Positions 40,042 through 55,016 of a DNA stretch of 64,000 bases are shown piece by piece (within the stretch, counting starts at the first letter, position 1; the number at the start of each line of letters is the position of its first letter). The DNA lies in the NCBI RefSeq assembly GCF_003790525.1, contig NZ_CP033635.1, one strand, 5' to 3'. A model generated the notes under the pieces. That model was given only the letters and a program-made list of their open reading frames with translations. It had not been told where the DNA came from and did no database searches. This stretch comes from Escherichia coli. GTDB lineage: Bacteria; Pseudomonadota; Gammaproteobacteria; Enterobacterales; Enterobacteriaceae. A program made the position numbers and the translations under genes.

Positions 40042-41019
40042 TTATGCCCGGTCAACGCTAAAGGCGATGACTTCAGCCAGTGTCTCCGCGCCCAGCGCCA
40101 ACATCACCAGACGATCAACGCCTAATGCCACGCCGGAACAGTCAGGCATACCGACTTTCAAGGCTTCAATCAGATTCTGGTCAATGGGGTGCTGCGGCAA
40201 ACCGCGCGCCGCGCGCTTACGGTTATCTTGTTCAAAGCGTTGTTGCTGCTCACGGGCATCCGTCAATTCATGGAAACCATTCGCCAGCTCAATACCTTTA
40301 TAATAAACCTCAAAGCGTTCAGCGACCCGATGATCTTCGGTACTGATTTGCGCCAGTGATGCCTGGCTGGCTGGAAAGTGGTACACAAAGGTCGGTTTTT
40401 CTTTGCCAATATTTGGCTCTACGCCAAAGGTAAACAGCAATTGTAGCAACGTGTCGCGGTCTTCTTCGGTATCTGCAACGTTGCTCAAATCCAGTTTCGC
40501 TGCCACTTCCCGCAGTTGCGTTTTGTCGGCAGAGAGCGGGTCAATTTCCAGATAACGCAAGAAAGCTTGTTGATAAGAAAGGCTTTCTGCTGCCGGGCAG
40601 TCCAGCACTTGTTGTAAGAGATCGTCCACCTCGTTCATCAACCGGTACATATCATAGTGCGGTCGATACCACTCAAGCATAGTGAACTCAGGGTTGTGAT
40701 AACGCCCCATCTCTTCATTACGGAAGCTGCGGCACAGCTGGAATACCGGCCCACAACCAGCAACCAGCAGGCGTTTCATATGGTATTCAGGGCTGGTCAT
40801 TAACCAGAGATTCATCCCCTGCGAATGCCCGGGGCCAACGAAACGTGTCTCAAACGGGACCAAATGAATATCGGTTACCGTCGCCTGGCTCATACAAGGC
40901 GTCTCCACCTCCAGCACTCCACGATCGGCAAAGAAACGACGGATCTCCGCCATAATCGCCGCGCGTTTTAATAAGTTAGGAATGGATGCGCTCGGCTGCC
41001 AGGATGCCGTTTCGCTCAT
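40042..41019 (-). CDS. epmA: EF-P lysine-34 lysyltransferase EpmA (PoxA/YjeA, LysRS class II paralog)
   Basis: ORF 40042..41064 trimmed to [30 protein letters not shown] (325 aa). Confidence 0.93.
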   Translation of the reverse strand: MSETASWQPSASIPNLLKRAAIMAEIRRFFADRGVLEVETPCMSQATVTDIHLVPFETRFVGPGHSQGMNLWLMTSPEYHMKRLLVAGCGPVFQLCRSFRNEEMGRYHNPEFTMLEWYRPHYDMYRLMNEVDDLLQQVLDCPAAESLSYQQAFLRYLEIDPLSADKTQLREVAAKLDLSNVADTEEDRDTLLQLLFTFGVEPNIGKEKPTFVYHFPASQASLAQISTEDHRVAERFEVYYKGIELANGFHELTDAREQQQRFEQDNRKRAARGLPQHPIDQNLIEALKVGMPDCSGVALGVDRLVMLALGAETLAEVIAFSVDRA

Positions 41020-41192
41020 AGTTAAATCTCCAGTTTTTGACAAGGGCACGAAGTCTACTCGCAACGCGACGGCGAGACAAATTTTACGCAGGAATCAAAC
41101 AACGGTGGGCAGTGACTAAAAAAAGCACGATCTGATGGTTTAGTAATTAAATTAATCATCTTCAGTGATAATTTAGCCCTCTTGCGCACTAA

Positions 41193-41214
41193 AAAAATCG
41201 ATCTCGTCAAATTT
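41193..41214 (+). promoter_or_regulatory. frdA promoter-proximal FNR-box-like site
   Basis: aaatcgatctcgtcaaattt about 130 bp upstream of the frdA start, resembling a TTGAT-N4-ATCAA half-site arrangement. Confidence 0.5.
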
Positions 41215-41343
41215 CAGACTTATCCATCAGACTATACTGTTGTACCTATAAAGGAGCAGTGGAATAGCGTTCGCAGACCGTAACTTTCAGGCACTTACCC
41301 TGAAGTACGGGGCTGTGGGATAAAAACAATCTGGAGGAATGTC

Positions 41344-43144
41344 GTGCAAACCTTTCAAGCCGATCTTGCCATTGTAGGCGCCGGTGGCGCGGGATTACGT
41401 GCTGCAATTGCTGCCGCGCAGGCAAATCCAAATGCAAAAATCGCACTAATCTCAAAAGTATACCCGATGCGTAGCCATACCGTTGCTGCAGAAGGGGGCT
41501 CCGCCGCTGTCGCGCAGGATCATGACAGCTTCGAATATCACTTTCACGATACAGTAGCGGGTGGCGACTGGTTGTGTGAGCAGGATGTCGTGGATTATTT
41601 CGTCCACCACTGCCCAACCGAAATGACCCAACTGGAACTGTGGGGATGCCCATGGAGCCGTCGCCCGGATGGTAGCGTCAACGTACGTCGCTTCGGCGGC
41701 ATGAAAATCGAGCGTACCTGGTTCGCCGCCGATAAGACCGGCTTCCATATGCTGCACACGCTGTTCCAGACCTCTCTGCAATTCCCGCAGATCCAGCGTT
41801 TTGACGAACATTTCGTGCTGGATATTCTGGTTGATGATGGTCATGTTCGCGGCCTGGTAGCAATGAACATGATGGAAGGCACGCTGGTGCAGATCCGTGC
41901 TAACGCGGTCGTTATGGCTACCGGCGGTGCGGGTCGCGTTTATCGTTACAACACCAACGGCGGCATCGTTACCGGTGACGGTATGGGTATGGCGCTAAGC
42001 CACGGCGTTCCGCTGCGTGACATGGAATTCGTTCAGTATCACCCAACCGGTCTACCAGGTTCCGGTATCCTGATGACCGAAGGCTGCCGCGGTGAAGGTG
42101 GTATTCTGGTCAACAAAAATGGCTACCGTTATCTGCAAGATTACGGCATGGGCCCGGAAACTCCGCTGGGCGAGCCGAAAAACAAATATATGGAACTGGG
42201 TCCACGCGACAAAGTTTCTCAGGCCTTCTGGCACGAATGGCGTAAAGGCAACACCATCTCCACGCCACGTGGCGATGTGGTTTATCTCGACCTGCGTCAC
42301 CTCGGCGAGAAAAAACTGCATGAACGTCTGCCGTTCATCTGCGAACTGGCGAAAGCGTACGTTGGCGTCGATCCGGTTAAAGAACCGATTCCGGTACGTC
42401 CGACCGCACACTACACCATGGGTGGTATCGAAACCGATCAGAACTGTGAAACCCGCATTAAAGGTCTGTTCGCCGTGGGTGAATGTTCCTCTGTTGGTCT
42501 GCACGGTGCGAACCGTCTGGGCTCCAACTCGCTGGCGGAACTGGTGGTCTTCGGTCGTCTGGCCGGTGAGCAAGCTATGGAACGCGCATCTACTGCCGGT
42601 AATGGCAACGATGCAGCAATCAATGCTCAGGTTGCTGGCGTTGAACAGCGCCTGAAAGATCTGGTTAACCAGGATGGCGGCGAAAACTGGGCTAAGATCC
42701 GCGACGAAATGGGCATGGCCATGGAAGAAGGCTGCGGTATCTACCGTACGCCAGAACTGATGCAGAAAACCATCGACAAGCTGGCAGAATTGCAGGAACG
42801 CTTCAAGCGCGTGCGCATCACCGACACTTCCAGCGTGTTCAACACCGACCTGCTCTACACCATTGAACTGGGTCACGGTCTGAACGTTGCTGAATGTATG
42901 GCGCACTCCGCAATGGCACGTAAAGAGTCTCGCGGCGCGCACCAGCGTCTGGACGAAGGTTGCACCGAGCGTGACGACGTCAACTTCCTCAAACACACCC
43001 TCGCCTTCCGCGATGCTGATGGCACGACTCGCCTGGAGTACAGCGACGTGAAGATTACTACGCTGCCGCCAGCTAAACGCGTTTACGGTGGCGAAGCGGA
43101 TGCAGCCGATAAGGCGGAAGCAGCCAATAAGAAGGAGAAGGCGA

Positions 43145-43152
<8 letters not shown>
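41344..43152 (+). CDS. frdA: fumarate reductase flavoprotein subunit FrdA
   Basis: 602-aa ORF, GTG start, [29 protein letters not shown]-binding fold. Confidence 0.97.
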
Positions 43153-44285
<1,133 letters not shown>

Positions 44286-44295
44286 GGAGCCTGAG

Positions 44296-45851
<1,556 letters not shown>

Positions 45852-45938
45852 AATTTCATCGGGTCCGAATTTTCGGACCTTTTCTCCGCTTTTCCTTGCT
45901 GTCATCTACACTTAGAAAAAACCAGTAAGGAAACATTT

Positions 45939-46472
45939 ATGCGCCTGCTCCCTCTCGTTGCCGCAGCGACAGCTGCATTTCTGGTCGTTGCCTGCAGTTC
46001 TCCTACGCCGCCGCGTGGCGTGACCGTAGTGAATAATTTCGACGCTAAACGCTATCTCGGCACCTGGTATGAGATTGCCCGTTTTGATCACCGCTTTGAA
46101 CGTGGACTGGAAAAAGTCACCGCAACATACAGCCTGCGGGATGACGGCGGCCTGAATGTCATTAATAAAGGCTATAACCCTGACAGAGGAATGTGGCAGC
46201 AGAGTGAAGGGAAAGCGTACTTTACCGGCGCACCAACTCGCGCTGCGCTGAAAGTGTCATTCTTTGGTCCTTTCTATGGCGGTTATAACGTTATTGCACT
46301 CGATCGGGAATACCGCCATGCGCTGGTTTGCGGCCCGGACCGCGACTACCTGTGGATACTCTCTCGCACGCCAACCATTTCTGACGAAGTGAAACAGGAG
46401 ATGCTGGCAGTCGCGACCCGGGAAGGGTTTGATGTCAGTAAGTTTATTTGGGTACAGCAGCCCGGTAGTTAG
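45939..46472 (+). CDS. blc: outer membrane lipocalin Blc
   Basis: 177-aa [24 protein letters not shown] lipobox. Confidence 0.94.
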   Translation: MRLLPLVAAATAAFLVVACSSPTPPRGVTVVNNFDAKRYLGTWYEIARFDHRFERGLEKVTATYSLRDDGGLNVINKGYNPDRGMWQQSEGKAYFTGAPTRAALKVSFFGPFYGGYNVIALDREYRHALVCGPDRDYLWILSRTPTISDEVKQEMLAVATREGFDVSKFIWVQQPGS

Positions 46473-46786
46473 TGAGTGCTGAGTTTCAGACCAATAATCC
46501 CCAATACGATTAACGCCAGACTCGCCAGGCGCATCGGGTTAGCGGACTCACCGAGCAGCACAATGCCGGTGATGGCCGCGCCGACTGCGCCAATACCCGT
46601 CCACACGGCATAAGCCGTCCCTACTGGTAACGATTTCATCGCCCAGGCAAGTAGCGCCATACTGACAATCATCGCCATCACGGTAATAACACTTGGCGTC
46701 AAACGACTAAAGCCGTGGGTATATTTCAGGCCAACGGCCCATACCACTTCCAGCAGACCAGCAATAACTAAGATAATCCAGGACAT
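46469..46786 (-). CDS. gdx: guanidinium exporter Gdx (SugE, SMR family)
   Basis: ORF 46469..46849 trimmed to [26 protein letters not shown] (105 aa). Confidence 0.93.
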   Translation of the reverse strand: MSWIILVIAGLLEVVWAVGLKYTHGFSRLTPSVITVMAMIVSMALLAWAMKSLPVGTAYAVWTGIGAVGAAITGIVLLGESANPMRLASLALIVLGIIGLKLSTH

Positions 46787-46804
46787 ATCAGGCTCCGGAG
46801 AATT

Positions 46805-46850
46805 GGGGCCGTCCCCGGTGAAAAGAGGCGTTTGCAGGTCGTCCTGCAAA
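46805..46850 (-). ncRNA. guanidine-II (mini-ykkC) riboswitch in the gdx leader
   Basis: On the minus strand: two short hairpins with ACGR loops, gcagg-ACGA-cctgc and gggg-ACGG-cccc, about 20-65 nt upstream of the gdx ATG. Confidence 0.7.
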
Positions 46851-46960
46851 GCTGATGGTTGAACGGATATTTTGCCAGGTGGCAGGGGAATTTCAACTAT
46901 TACCTTTGTGACTATTGCAAAAAAACAAACGGCACGACATAACTGTCGTACCGTTATTGC

Positions 46961-47107
46961 TTACTGCTGCGCTTTCGTTGCTGCGCCAGAAATCGCGTTA
47001 CCGCCATCAGAAATGTCTTCACCAACGCCACGCGTGGTGTTGCAGGCAGTTAATACTGTTGAAAGCACCAGAACAGAAAAGATCGCTGCAATTGTCTTCT
47101 TCACCAT
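46961..47107 (-). CDS. ecnB: entericidin B lipoprotein
   Basis: Manual reverse-strand translation [48 protein letters not shown] (not in ORF track because under 60 aa). Confidence 0.9.
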
Positions 47108-47217
47108 AACGTCTTCCTTTTAGGTAATGTTATTTATGTTTGCCTATAGCAAATTAATAATAGACAACATCACCAAAAATGATGGAAATCTGATGATTTT
47201 TCGGAAGAGAAGAAAAA

Positions 47218-47343
47218 TTAGCTGGCAGCGCGGGAGATGGAATTACCGAGATGTTTAATGTCTTCACCAAAACCGCGAGCGGTGTTACAGCCCGTGAGCA
47301 GCGCACTGGCAAGCAAAACAAGAACGATAAGGCGTTTCATCAT
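47218..47343 (-). CDS. ecnA: entericidin A lipoprotein
   Basis: Manual reverse-strand translation MMKRLIVLVLLASALLTGCNTARGFGEDIKHLGNSISRAAS. Confidence 0.9.
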   Translation of the reverse strand: MMKRLIVLVLLASALLTGCNTARGFGEDIKHLGNSISRAAS

Positions 47344-47394
47344 CTCTGACCTGAATAAGTGATGGTGCAGCCTGCAGGCCGCACCACAACCGCA

Positions 47395-47961
47395 TTACTT
47401 CACGCGAGAGACGTATTCACCAGAGCGGGTATCCACTTTGATGACTTCGCCGATCTGCACGAACAGCGGAACTTTAACCACAGCGCCAGTAGACAGGGTA
47501 GCTGGTTTGCCGCCAGTACCTGCGGTATCACCTTTCAGGCCCGGATCGGTATCAACGATTTCCAGTTCAACGAAGTTCGGCGGAGTAACGGAGATCGGCT
47601 GACCATTCCACAGAGTTACGATACACTCTGCCTGATCAAGCAGCCATTTCGCGTTGTCGCCAATTGCTTTTGCGTCAGCAGACAGCTGCTCGAAAGTTTC
47701 GTTGTTCATGAAGTGCCAGAACTCACCGTCGTTGTACAGGTAAGTCAGGTTCATATCGACAACATCAGCGCCTTCAGCGGAATCAGTAGATTTGAAGGTT
47801 TTTTCTACGCGAGTACCGGTCAGCAGACGACGCAGTTTAACGCGAGCAAATGCCTGGCCTTTACCCGGTTTTACGAATTCACTCGCTTCAACCGCGTAAG
47901 GTTCGCCGTCTAACATGATTTTAAGACCAGCACGAAAATCGTTGCTATAGTACGTTGCCAT
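47395..47961 (-). CDS. efp: elongation factor P
   Basis: 188-aa [52 protein letters not shown]. Confidence 0.97.
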
Positions 47962-48002
47962 AAGGCCCTCTGAAATTTGTTAATTGGTAGCTAAGCCACA
48001 AA

Positions 48003-49031
48003 ATGGCGCATATTGTAACCCTAAATACCCCATCCAGAGAAGATTGGTTAACGCAACTTGCCGATGTTGTGACCGATCCTGATGAACTTCTGCGTCTTTT
48101 GAATATAGACGCGGACGAAAAACTGTTGGCCGGACGCAGCGCCAAAAAGCTGTTTGCCCTGCGTGTGCCCCGCTCATTTATCGATCGCATGGAGAAAGGC
48201 AATCCGAACGATCCGCTTTTGCGTCAGGTAATTACCTCGCAAGATGAGTTTGTCGTCGCGCCCGGATTCTCCACCGACCCGCTGGAAGAACAGCACAGCG
48301 TAGTGCCAGGTTTGTTGCATAAATACCACAACCGGGCGCTTTTGCTGGTCAAAGGCGGCTGCGCGGTAAATTGCCGCTATTGCTTCCGTCGCCACTTCCC
48401 CTATGCCGAAAATCAGGGCAACAAGCGTAACTGGCAGATTGCACTTGAGTATGTTGCTGCGCATCCGGAACTGGACGAGATGATTTTCTCCGGCGGCGAT
48501 CCGCTGATGGCGAAAGATCACGAGCTGGACTGGTTGCTCACACAACTGGAAGCCATCCCGCATATCAAACGTCTGCGGATTCACAGCCGTCTGCCGATTG
48601 TGATCCCGGCACGCATCACAGATGCGCTGGTTGAACGCTTTTCACATTCTACGCTGCAAATCTTGCTGGTGAATCACATCAACCATGCCAATGAGATAGA
48701 TGAAACATTCCGTCAGGCGATGGCTAAGTTGCGCCGGGTAGGCGTTACTTTGCTCAACCAGAGCGTTCTGTTACGTGATGTGAACGATAACGCACAAACG
48801 CTGGCAAACCTGAGTAATGCGTTGTTCGATGCCGGCGTGATGCCGTATTACCTGCATGTGCTCGATAAAGTACAGGGCGCGGCGCATTTTATGGTGAGTG
48901 ATGACGAAGCACGGCAGATTATGCGTGAGTTGCTGACACTGGTGTCGGGATATCTGGTGCCTAAACTGGCGCGAGAAATTGGCGGCGAACCCAGCAAAAC
49001 GCCGCTGGATCTCCAGCTACGCCAGCAGTAA
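48003..49031 (+). CDS. epmB: EF-P beta-lysylation lysine 2,3-aminomutase EpmB (YjeK)
   Basis: 342-aa ORF, radical-SAM motif CAVNCRYC. Confidence 0.95.
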   Translation: MAHIVTLNTPSREDWLTQLADVVTDPDELLRLLNIDADEKLLAGRSAKKLFALRVPRSFIDRMEKGNPNDPLLRQVITSQDEFVVAPGFSTDPLEEQHSVVPGLLHKYHNRALLLVKGGCAVNCRYCFRRHFPYAENQGNKRNWQIALEYVAAHPELDEMIFSGGDPLMAKDHELDWLLTQLEAIPHIKRLRIHSRLPIVIPARITDALVERFSHSTLQILLVNHINHANEIDETFRQAMAKLRRVGVTLLNQSVLLRDVNDNAQTLANLSNALFDAGVMPYYLHVLDKVQGAAHFMVSDDEARQIMRELLTLVSGYLVPKLAREIGGEPSKTPLDLQLRQQ

Positions 49032-49265
49032 CTGATTAAACAGGGAAGTTTAATCTTTGCCCGTTGCATAACCTTTAATTATTCATATACATTGCTGTTG
49101 TTACTCTTTATATAACCAACACCAATAATTAACCTTTCTTTTCTGTTTATATAGAGTGAGCACGGCTATTTATGTTATTTTAACAACTATTACTACCAAG
49201 CCCATTTATCTGGCTTATAAACTAAAATTAATTATTTAATTGAGAAATGGTTAGGGAGAACCTAC

Positions 49266-50135
49266 ATGGCCATAAGCATCAAGGGTGTTAATACCGGTGT
49301 TATTCGCAAGAGTAATAATTTCATTGCACTGGCGCTGAAAATTAAAGAGCCTCGCAATAAAGAATCGTTGTTCTTTCTGTCTGTCATGGAACTGCGCGAC
49401 CTTCTGATTGCGCTGGAAAGCCGTTTGCATCAAAAGCATAAACTGGATGCTGCTGCACGCCTTCAGTATGAGCAAGCTCGCGATAAAGTCATTAAGAAAA
49501 TGGCAGAAAATATCCCAGAAATTCTGGTTGATGAGCTTAAAAATGCCGATATTAATCGTCGGGTTAACACGCTGGAACTTACCGATAATCAGGGTGAAAA
49601 TCTTACCTTCGTATTAACGCTACATGACGGTAGCACATGTGAGTTAGTCATCAATGAATTGCAGATTGAAATGCTGGCGCGAGCAATCATTCATGCAATT
49701 AATAATGCGGAAATGCGTGAACTGGCATTACGTATTACCTCACTGTTAGATTTCCTGCCGTTATACGACGTTGACTGCCAGGACAATGGCAATCTGGAAT
49801 ATGACACCTATTCCCAACCGGAATGGAAACATAACTTGTTCAACCATTATCTGGCGGTGCTTTACCGCTTTAAAGATAAAAGTGGCAAAGAACAATTTAG
49901 CGGCGCAGTGGTGAAAACGCGTGAAGCAACGCCGGGTAAAGAAGTGGAGGCGATCACTCGCCGAATGCTTGATTTCAGCCCCCGACTGAAAAAACTCGCG
50001 GGTGTGCCATGTCAGGTCTATGTTCGCACCGTAGCGGCAAATAATGCCCAACCGCTAACCCAGGATCAATGCTTACGCGCGCTGCATCACTTACGTGTTC
50101 AATCCACCAGCAAAACTGCACCGCAGGCGAAATAA
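49266..50135 (+). CDS. yjeJ: uncharacterised protein YjeJ
   Basis: 289-aa ORF MAISIKGVNTGVIRKSNNFIALALKIKEPRNKESLFFLSVMELRDL; preceded by about 230 bp of very AT-rich DNA. Confidence 0.85.
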   Translation: MAISIKGVNTGVIRKSNNFIALALKIKEPRNKESLFFLSVMELRDLLIALESRLHQKHKLDAAARLQYEQARDKVIKKMAENIPEILVDELKNADINRRVNTLELTDNQGENLTFVLTLHDGSTCELVINELQIEMLARAIIHAINNAEMRELALRITSLLDFLPLYDVDCQDNGNLEYDTYSQPEWKHNLFNHYLAVLYRFKDKSGKEQFSGAVVKTREATPGKEVEAITRRMLDFSPRLKKLAGVPCQVYVRTVAANNAQPLTQDQCLRALHHLRVQSTSKTAPQAK

Positions 50136-50153
50136 TCCCATCTGTTTTACTAC

Positions 50154-50175
50154 GAGGCTGGAAGTATCCAGCCTC
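50154..50175. terminator. hairpin between convergent yjeJ and yjeI
   Basis: gaggctgga-agta-tccagcctc perfect 9-bp stem; no clear U-tract. Confidence 0.45.
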
Positions 50176-50184
50176 TGGATCCCA

Positions 50185-50538
50185 TCAGTTCGGGCACTTA
50201 TATACCTGGCCGATAATCTGGCTATCCGTCGGGACAAAACTGGACAACATTCCCTGCGACGGGCTGCTGATGCCATAAATCACGTTACCGCCCATTGCAG
50301 CCGCCTGGTTGCGCAGATCGTTTGCTGCGCCGCGCATAGAACCGCCTTCTTCACCGTGTTGCCCGGAAAGCCAGTTGCTTTGCTTACCTGTCGCAGTACC
50401 AATCAGCTGGCACTCTGCGCCTGGCTGCTCGTCCACAATGCGTACACTCTGACCGGCAGCACTCAATTCGTTGCTGGAGCCACAACCCGCCATCAGTAGC
50501 GCGGCACCGACAATCCCTGCTAAGTATTTTACGTGCAT
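50185..50538 (-). CDS. yjeI: DUF4156 lipoprotein YjeI
   Basis: ORF 50185..50571 trimmed to MHVKYLAGIVGAALLMAGCGSS lipobox (117 aa). Confidence 0.85.
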   Translation of the reverse strand: MHVKYLAGIVGAALLMAGCGSSNELSAAGQSVRIVDEQPGAECQLIGTATGKQSNWLSGQHGEEGGSMRGAANDLRNQAAAMGGNVIYGISSPSQGMLSSFVPTDSQIIGQVYKCPN

Positions 50539-50606
50539 GTTATTCCCCATAATCAATGAGCTGGACGCCACTCGCGTCTGTGTGTGAATCTTATACTAAA
50601 AAGATG

Positions 50607-50646
50607 ACTAAAAGAAAAACCCCCAGACATTTCTGCCCGGGGGTTT
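50607..50646 (-). terminator. groESL operon intrinsic terminator
   Basis: Minus strand: GC-rich hairpin cccccgggcag-aaat-gtctggggg followed by tttttctttt, about 25 nt after the groEL stop. Confidence 0.85.
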
Positions 50647-50672
50647 GTTTATTTCTGCGAGGTGCAGGGCAA

Positions 50673-52331
<1,659 letters not shown>

Positions 52332-52362
52332 TTAAATTCGTATGTTCAGTGTCGTGCGCGGA

Positions 52363-52707
<345 letters not shown>

Positions 52708-52735
52708 TTACGTGGTTTCCCGGCTGGTGACCAGA

Positions 52736-52765
52736 GAAATGGGGATGAGGCTTCGCCCCTTCAAG
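52736..52765 (-). promoter_or_regulatory. groE sigma-32 heat-shock promoter
   Basis: Minus strand reads CTTGAAGgggcgaagcctcatCCCCATTTC, matching the sigma-32 -35 CTTGAA and -10 CCCCATnT consensus. Confidence 0.8.
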
Positions 52766-52931
52766 GGGGAAAAAGAAAAAAAATTCTGATCAGCACAAAA
52801 TCGGGTGAAAACCCTGATTCACCTCACATTTCATCGCAATTTCTTCATCACCGTCATAAGCGAATCTGATTGTGCTACCATCGAAAATCTACGCAGTTGC
52901 CCATAATTTGGGCGCAATCGGACATCAACCC

Positions 52932-54188
52932 ATGAGTGGACTCAAACAAGAACTGGGGCTGGCCCAGGGCATTGGCCTGCTATCGACGTCATTATTAGGC
53001 ACTGGCGTGTTTGCCGTTCCTGCGTTAGCTGCGCTGGTAGCGGGCAATAACAGCCTGTGGGCGTGGCCCGTTTTGATTATCTTAGTGTTCCCGATTGCGA
53101 TTGTGTTTGCGATTCTGGGTCGCCACTATCCCAGCGCAGGCGGTGTCGCGCACTTCGTCGGTATGGCGTTTGGTTCGCGGCTTGAGCGAGTCACCGGCTG
53201 GTTGTTTTTATCGGTCATTCCCGTGGGTTTGCCTGCCGCGCTACAAATTGCCGCCGGGTTCGGCCAGGCAATGTTTGGCTGGCATAGCTGGCAACTGTTG
53301 TTGGCAGAACTCGGTACGCTGGCGCTGGTGTGGTATATCGGTACTCGCGGTGCCAGTTCCAGTGCTAATCTACAAACAGTTATTGCCGGACTTATCGTCG
53401 CGCTGATTGTCGCTATCTGGTGGGCGGGCGATATCAAACCTGCGAATATCCCCTTCCCTGCACCTGGTAATATCGAACTTACCGGGTTATTTGCTGCGTT
53501 ATCAGTGATGTTCTGGTGCTTTGTCGGTCTGGAGGCATTTGCCCATCTTGCCTCGGAATTTAAAAATCCAGAGCGTGATTTTCCTCGTGCTTTGATGATT
53601 GGTCTGCTGCTGGCAGGATTAGTCTACTGGGGCTGTACGGTAGTCGTCTTACACTTCGACGCCTATGGTGAACAAATGGCCGCGGCAGCATCGCTTCCAA
53701 AAATTGTAGTGCAACTGTTCGGTGTAGGAGCGTTATGGATTGCCTGCGTGATTGGCTATCTGGCCTGCTTTGCCAGTCTCAACATTTATATACAGAGCTT
53801 CGCCCGCCTGGTCTGGTCGCAGGCGCAACATAATCCTGACCACTACCTGGCACGCCTCTCTTCTCGTCATATCCCGAATAATGCCCTCAATGCGGTGCTC
53901 GGCTGCTGCGTGGTGAGCACGTTGGTGATTCATGCTTTAGAGATCAATCTGGACGCTCTTATTATTTATGCCAATGGCATCTTTATTATGATTTATCTGT
54001 TATGCATGCTGGCAGGTTGTAAATTATTGCAAGGACGTTATCGACTACTGGCGGTGGTTGGCGGGCTGTTATGCGTTCTGTTACTGGCAATGGTCGGCTG
54101 GAAAAGTCTCTATGCGCTGATCATGCTGGCGGGGTTATGGCTGTTTCTGCCAAAACGAAAAACGCCGGAAAATGGCATAACCACATAA
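52932..54188 (+). CDS. yjeH: APC-family amino acid exporter YjeH
   Basis: ORF 52872..54188 trimmed to MSGLKQELGLAQGIGLLSTSLLGTGVF (418 aa). Confidence 0.9.
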   Translation: MSGLKQELGLAQGIGLLSTSLLGTGVFAVPALAALVAGNNSLWAWPVLIILVFPIAIVFAILGRHYPSAGGVAHFVGMAFGSRLERVTGWLFLSVIPVGLPAALQIAAGFGQAMFGWHSWQLLLAELGTLALVWYIGTRGASSSANLQTVIAGLIVALIVAIWWAGDIKPANIPFPAPGNIELTGLFAALSVMFWCFVGLEAFAHLASEFKNPERDFPRALMIGLLLAGLVYWGCTVVVLHFDAYGEQMAAAASLPKIVVQLFGVGALWIACVIGYLACFASLNIYIQSFARLVWSQAQHNPDHYLARLSSRHIPNNALNAVLGCCVVSTLVIHALEINLDALIIYANGIFIMIYLLCMLAGCKLLQGRYRLLAVVGGLLCVLLLAMVGWKSLYALIMLAGLWLFLPKRKTPENGITT

Positions 54189-54203
54189 TCCGGCGTTTCG
54201 ACA

Positions 54204-54680
54204 TTAATCCTGGCGATCGTCTTTATGATCAAGGCGGTCGCGGTCATCATCCTTTCTCTGGTACTCACCATCAAAAGTATTACCGCCACCGGTCCCGGCG
54301 CTAAAACCGCCGCCTGGCATGCGAGAAAAGCGCAAATGTGGCATCAACTTCACTGTCAGATGCTTTTGCACCGGCGGCAATAAAAGTAGAAGACCGAGGA
54401 AGTCGGTAAAAAAGCCCGGTAATAAAAGCAGCAAACCGGCAATGATCAGCGAAACACTTTTAATCATCTCCGCCGCTGGGTTTTCACCCGCCGCCATTTT
54501 TTGCTGCATCAGCACGAAATTCTTAAAGCCCTGGTTGCGTACCAGTGACATACCGATAACTGACGTGAATATAACCAGCACGAGGGTCAGCAATACCCCC
54601 AATACATGGGCAACCTGAATAAAGATTGAAATCTCAATATAGACATAAAGGAAAATGGCAATAAAAGGTAACCAGCGCAA
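54204..54680 (-). CDS. fxsA: inner membrane protein FxsA
   Basis: 158-aa ORF MRWLPFIAIFLYVYIEISIFIQVAHVLGV ... acidic C-terminus. Confidence 0.92.
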   Translation of the reverse strand: MRWLPFIAIFLYVYIEISIFIQVAHVLGVLLTLVLVIFTSVIGMSLVRNQGFKNFVLMQQKMAAGENPAAEMIKSVSLIIAGLLLLLPGFFTDFLGLLLLLPPVQKHLTVKLMPHLRFSRMPGGGFSAGTGGGNTFDGEYQRKDDDRDRLDHKDDRQD

Positions 54681-55016
54681 AGGTTTCTCCTGTAATAGCA
54701 GCCGGTTAACCCCGGCTACCTGAATGGGTTGCGAATCGCGTTTAGCTTATATTGTGGTCATTAGCAAAATTTCAAGATGTTTGCGCAACTATTTTTGGTA
54801 GTAATCCCAAAGCGGTGATCTATTTCACAAATTAATAATTAAGGGGTAAAAACCGACACTTAAAGTGATCCAGATTACGGTAGAAATCCTCAAGCAGCAT
54901 ATGATCTCGGGTATTCGGTCGATGCAGGGGATAATCGTCGGTCGAAAAACATTCGAAACCACATATATTCTGTGTGTTTAAAGCAAATCATTGGCAGCTT
55001 GAAAAAGAAGGTTCAC

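Noticed and set aside
47344-47394. Near-palindrome ggtgcagcctgcaggccgcacc between efp and ecnA as a possible terminator
   Set aside because: The GC-rich hairpin is plausible but lacks a U-tract on either strand, and I cannot distinguish a terminator from a processing or binding site; left unannotated.
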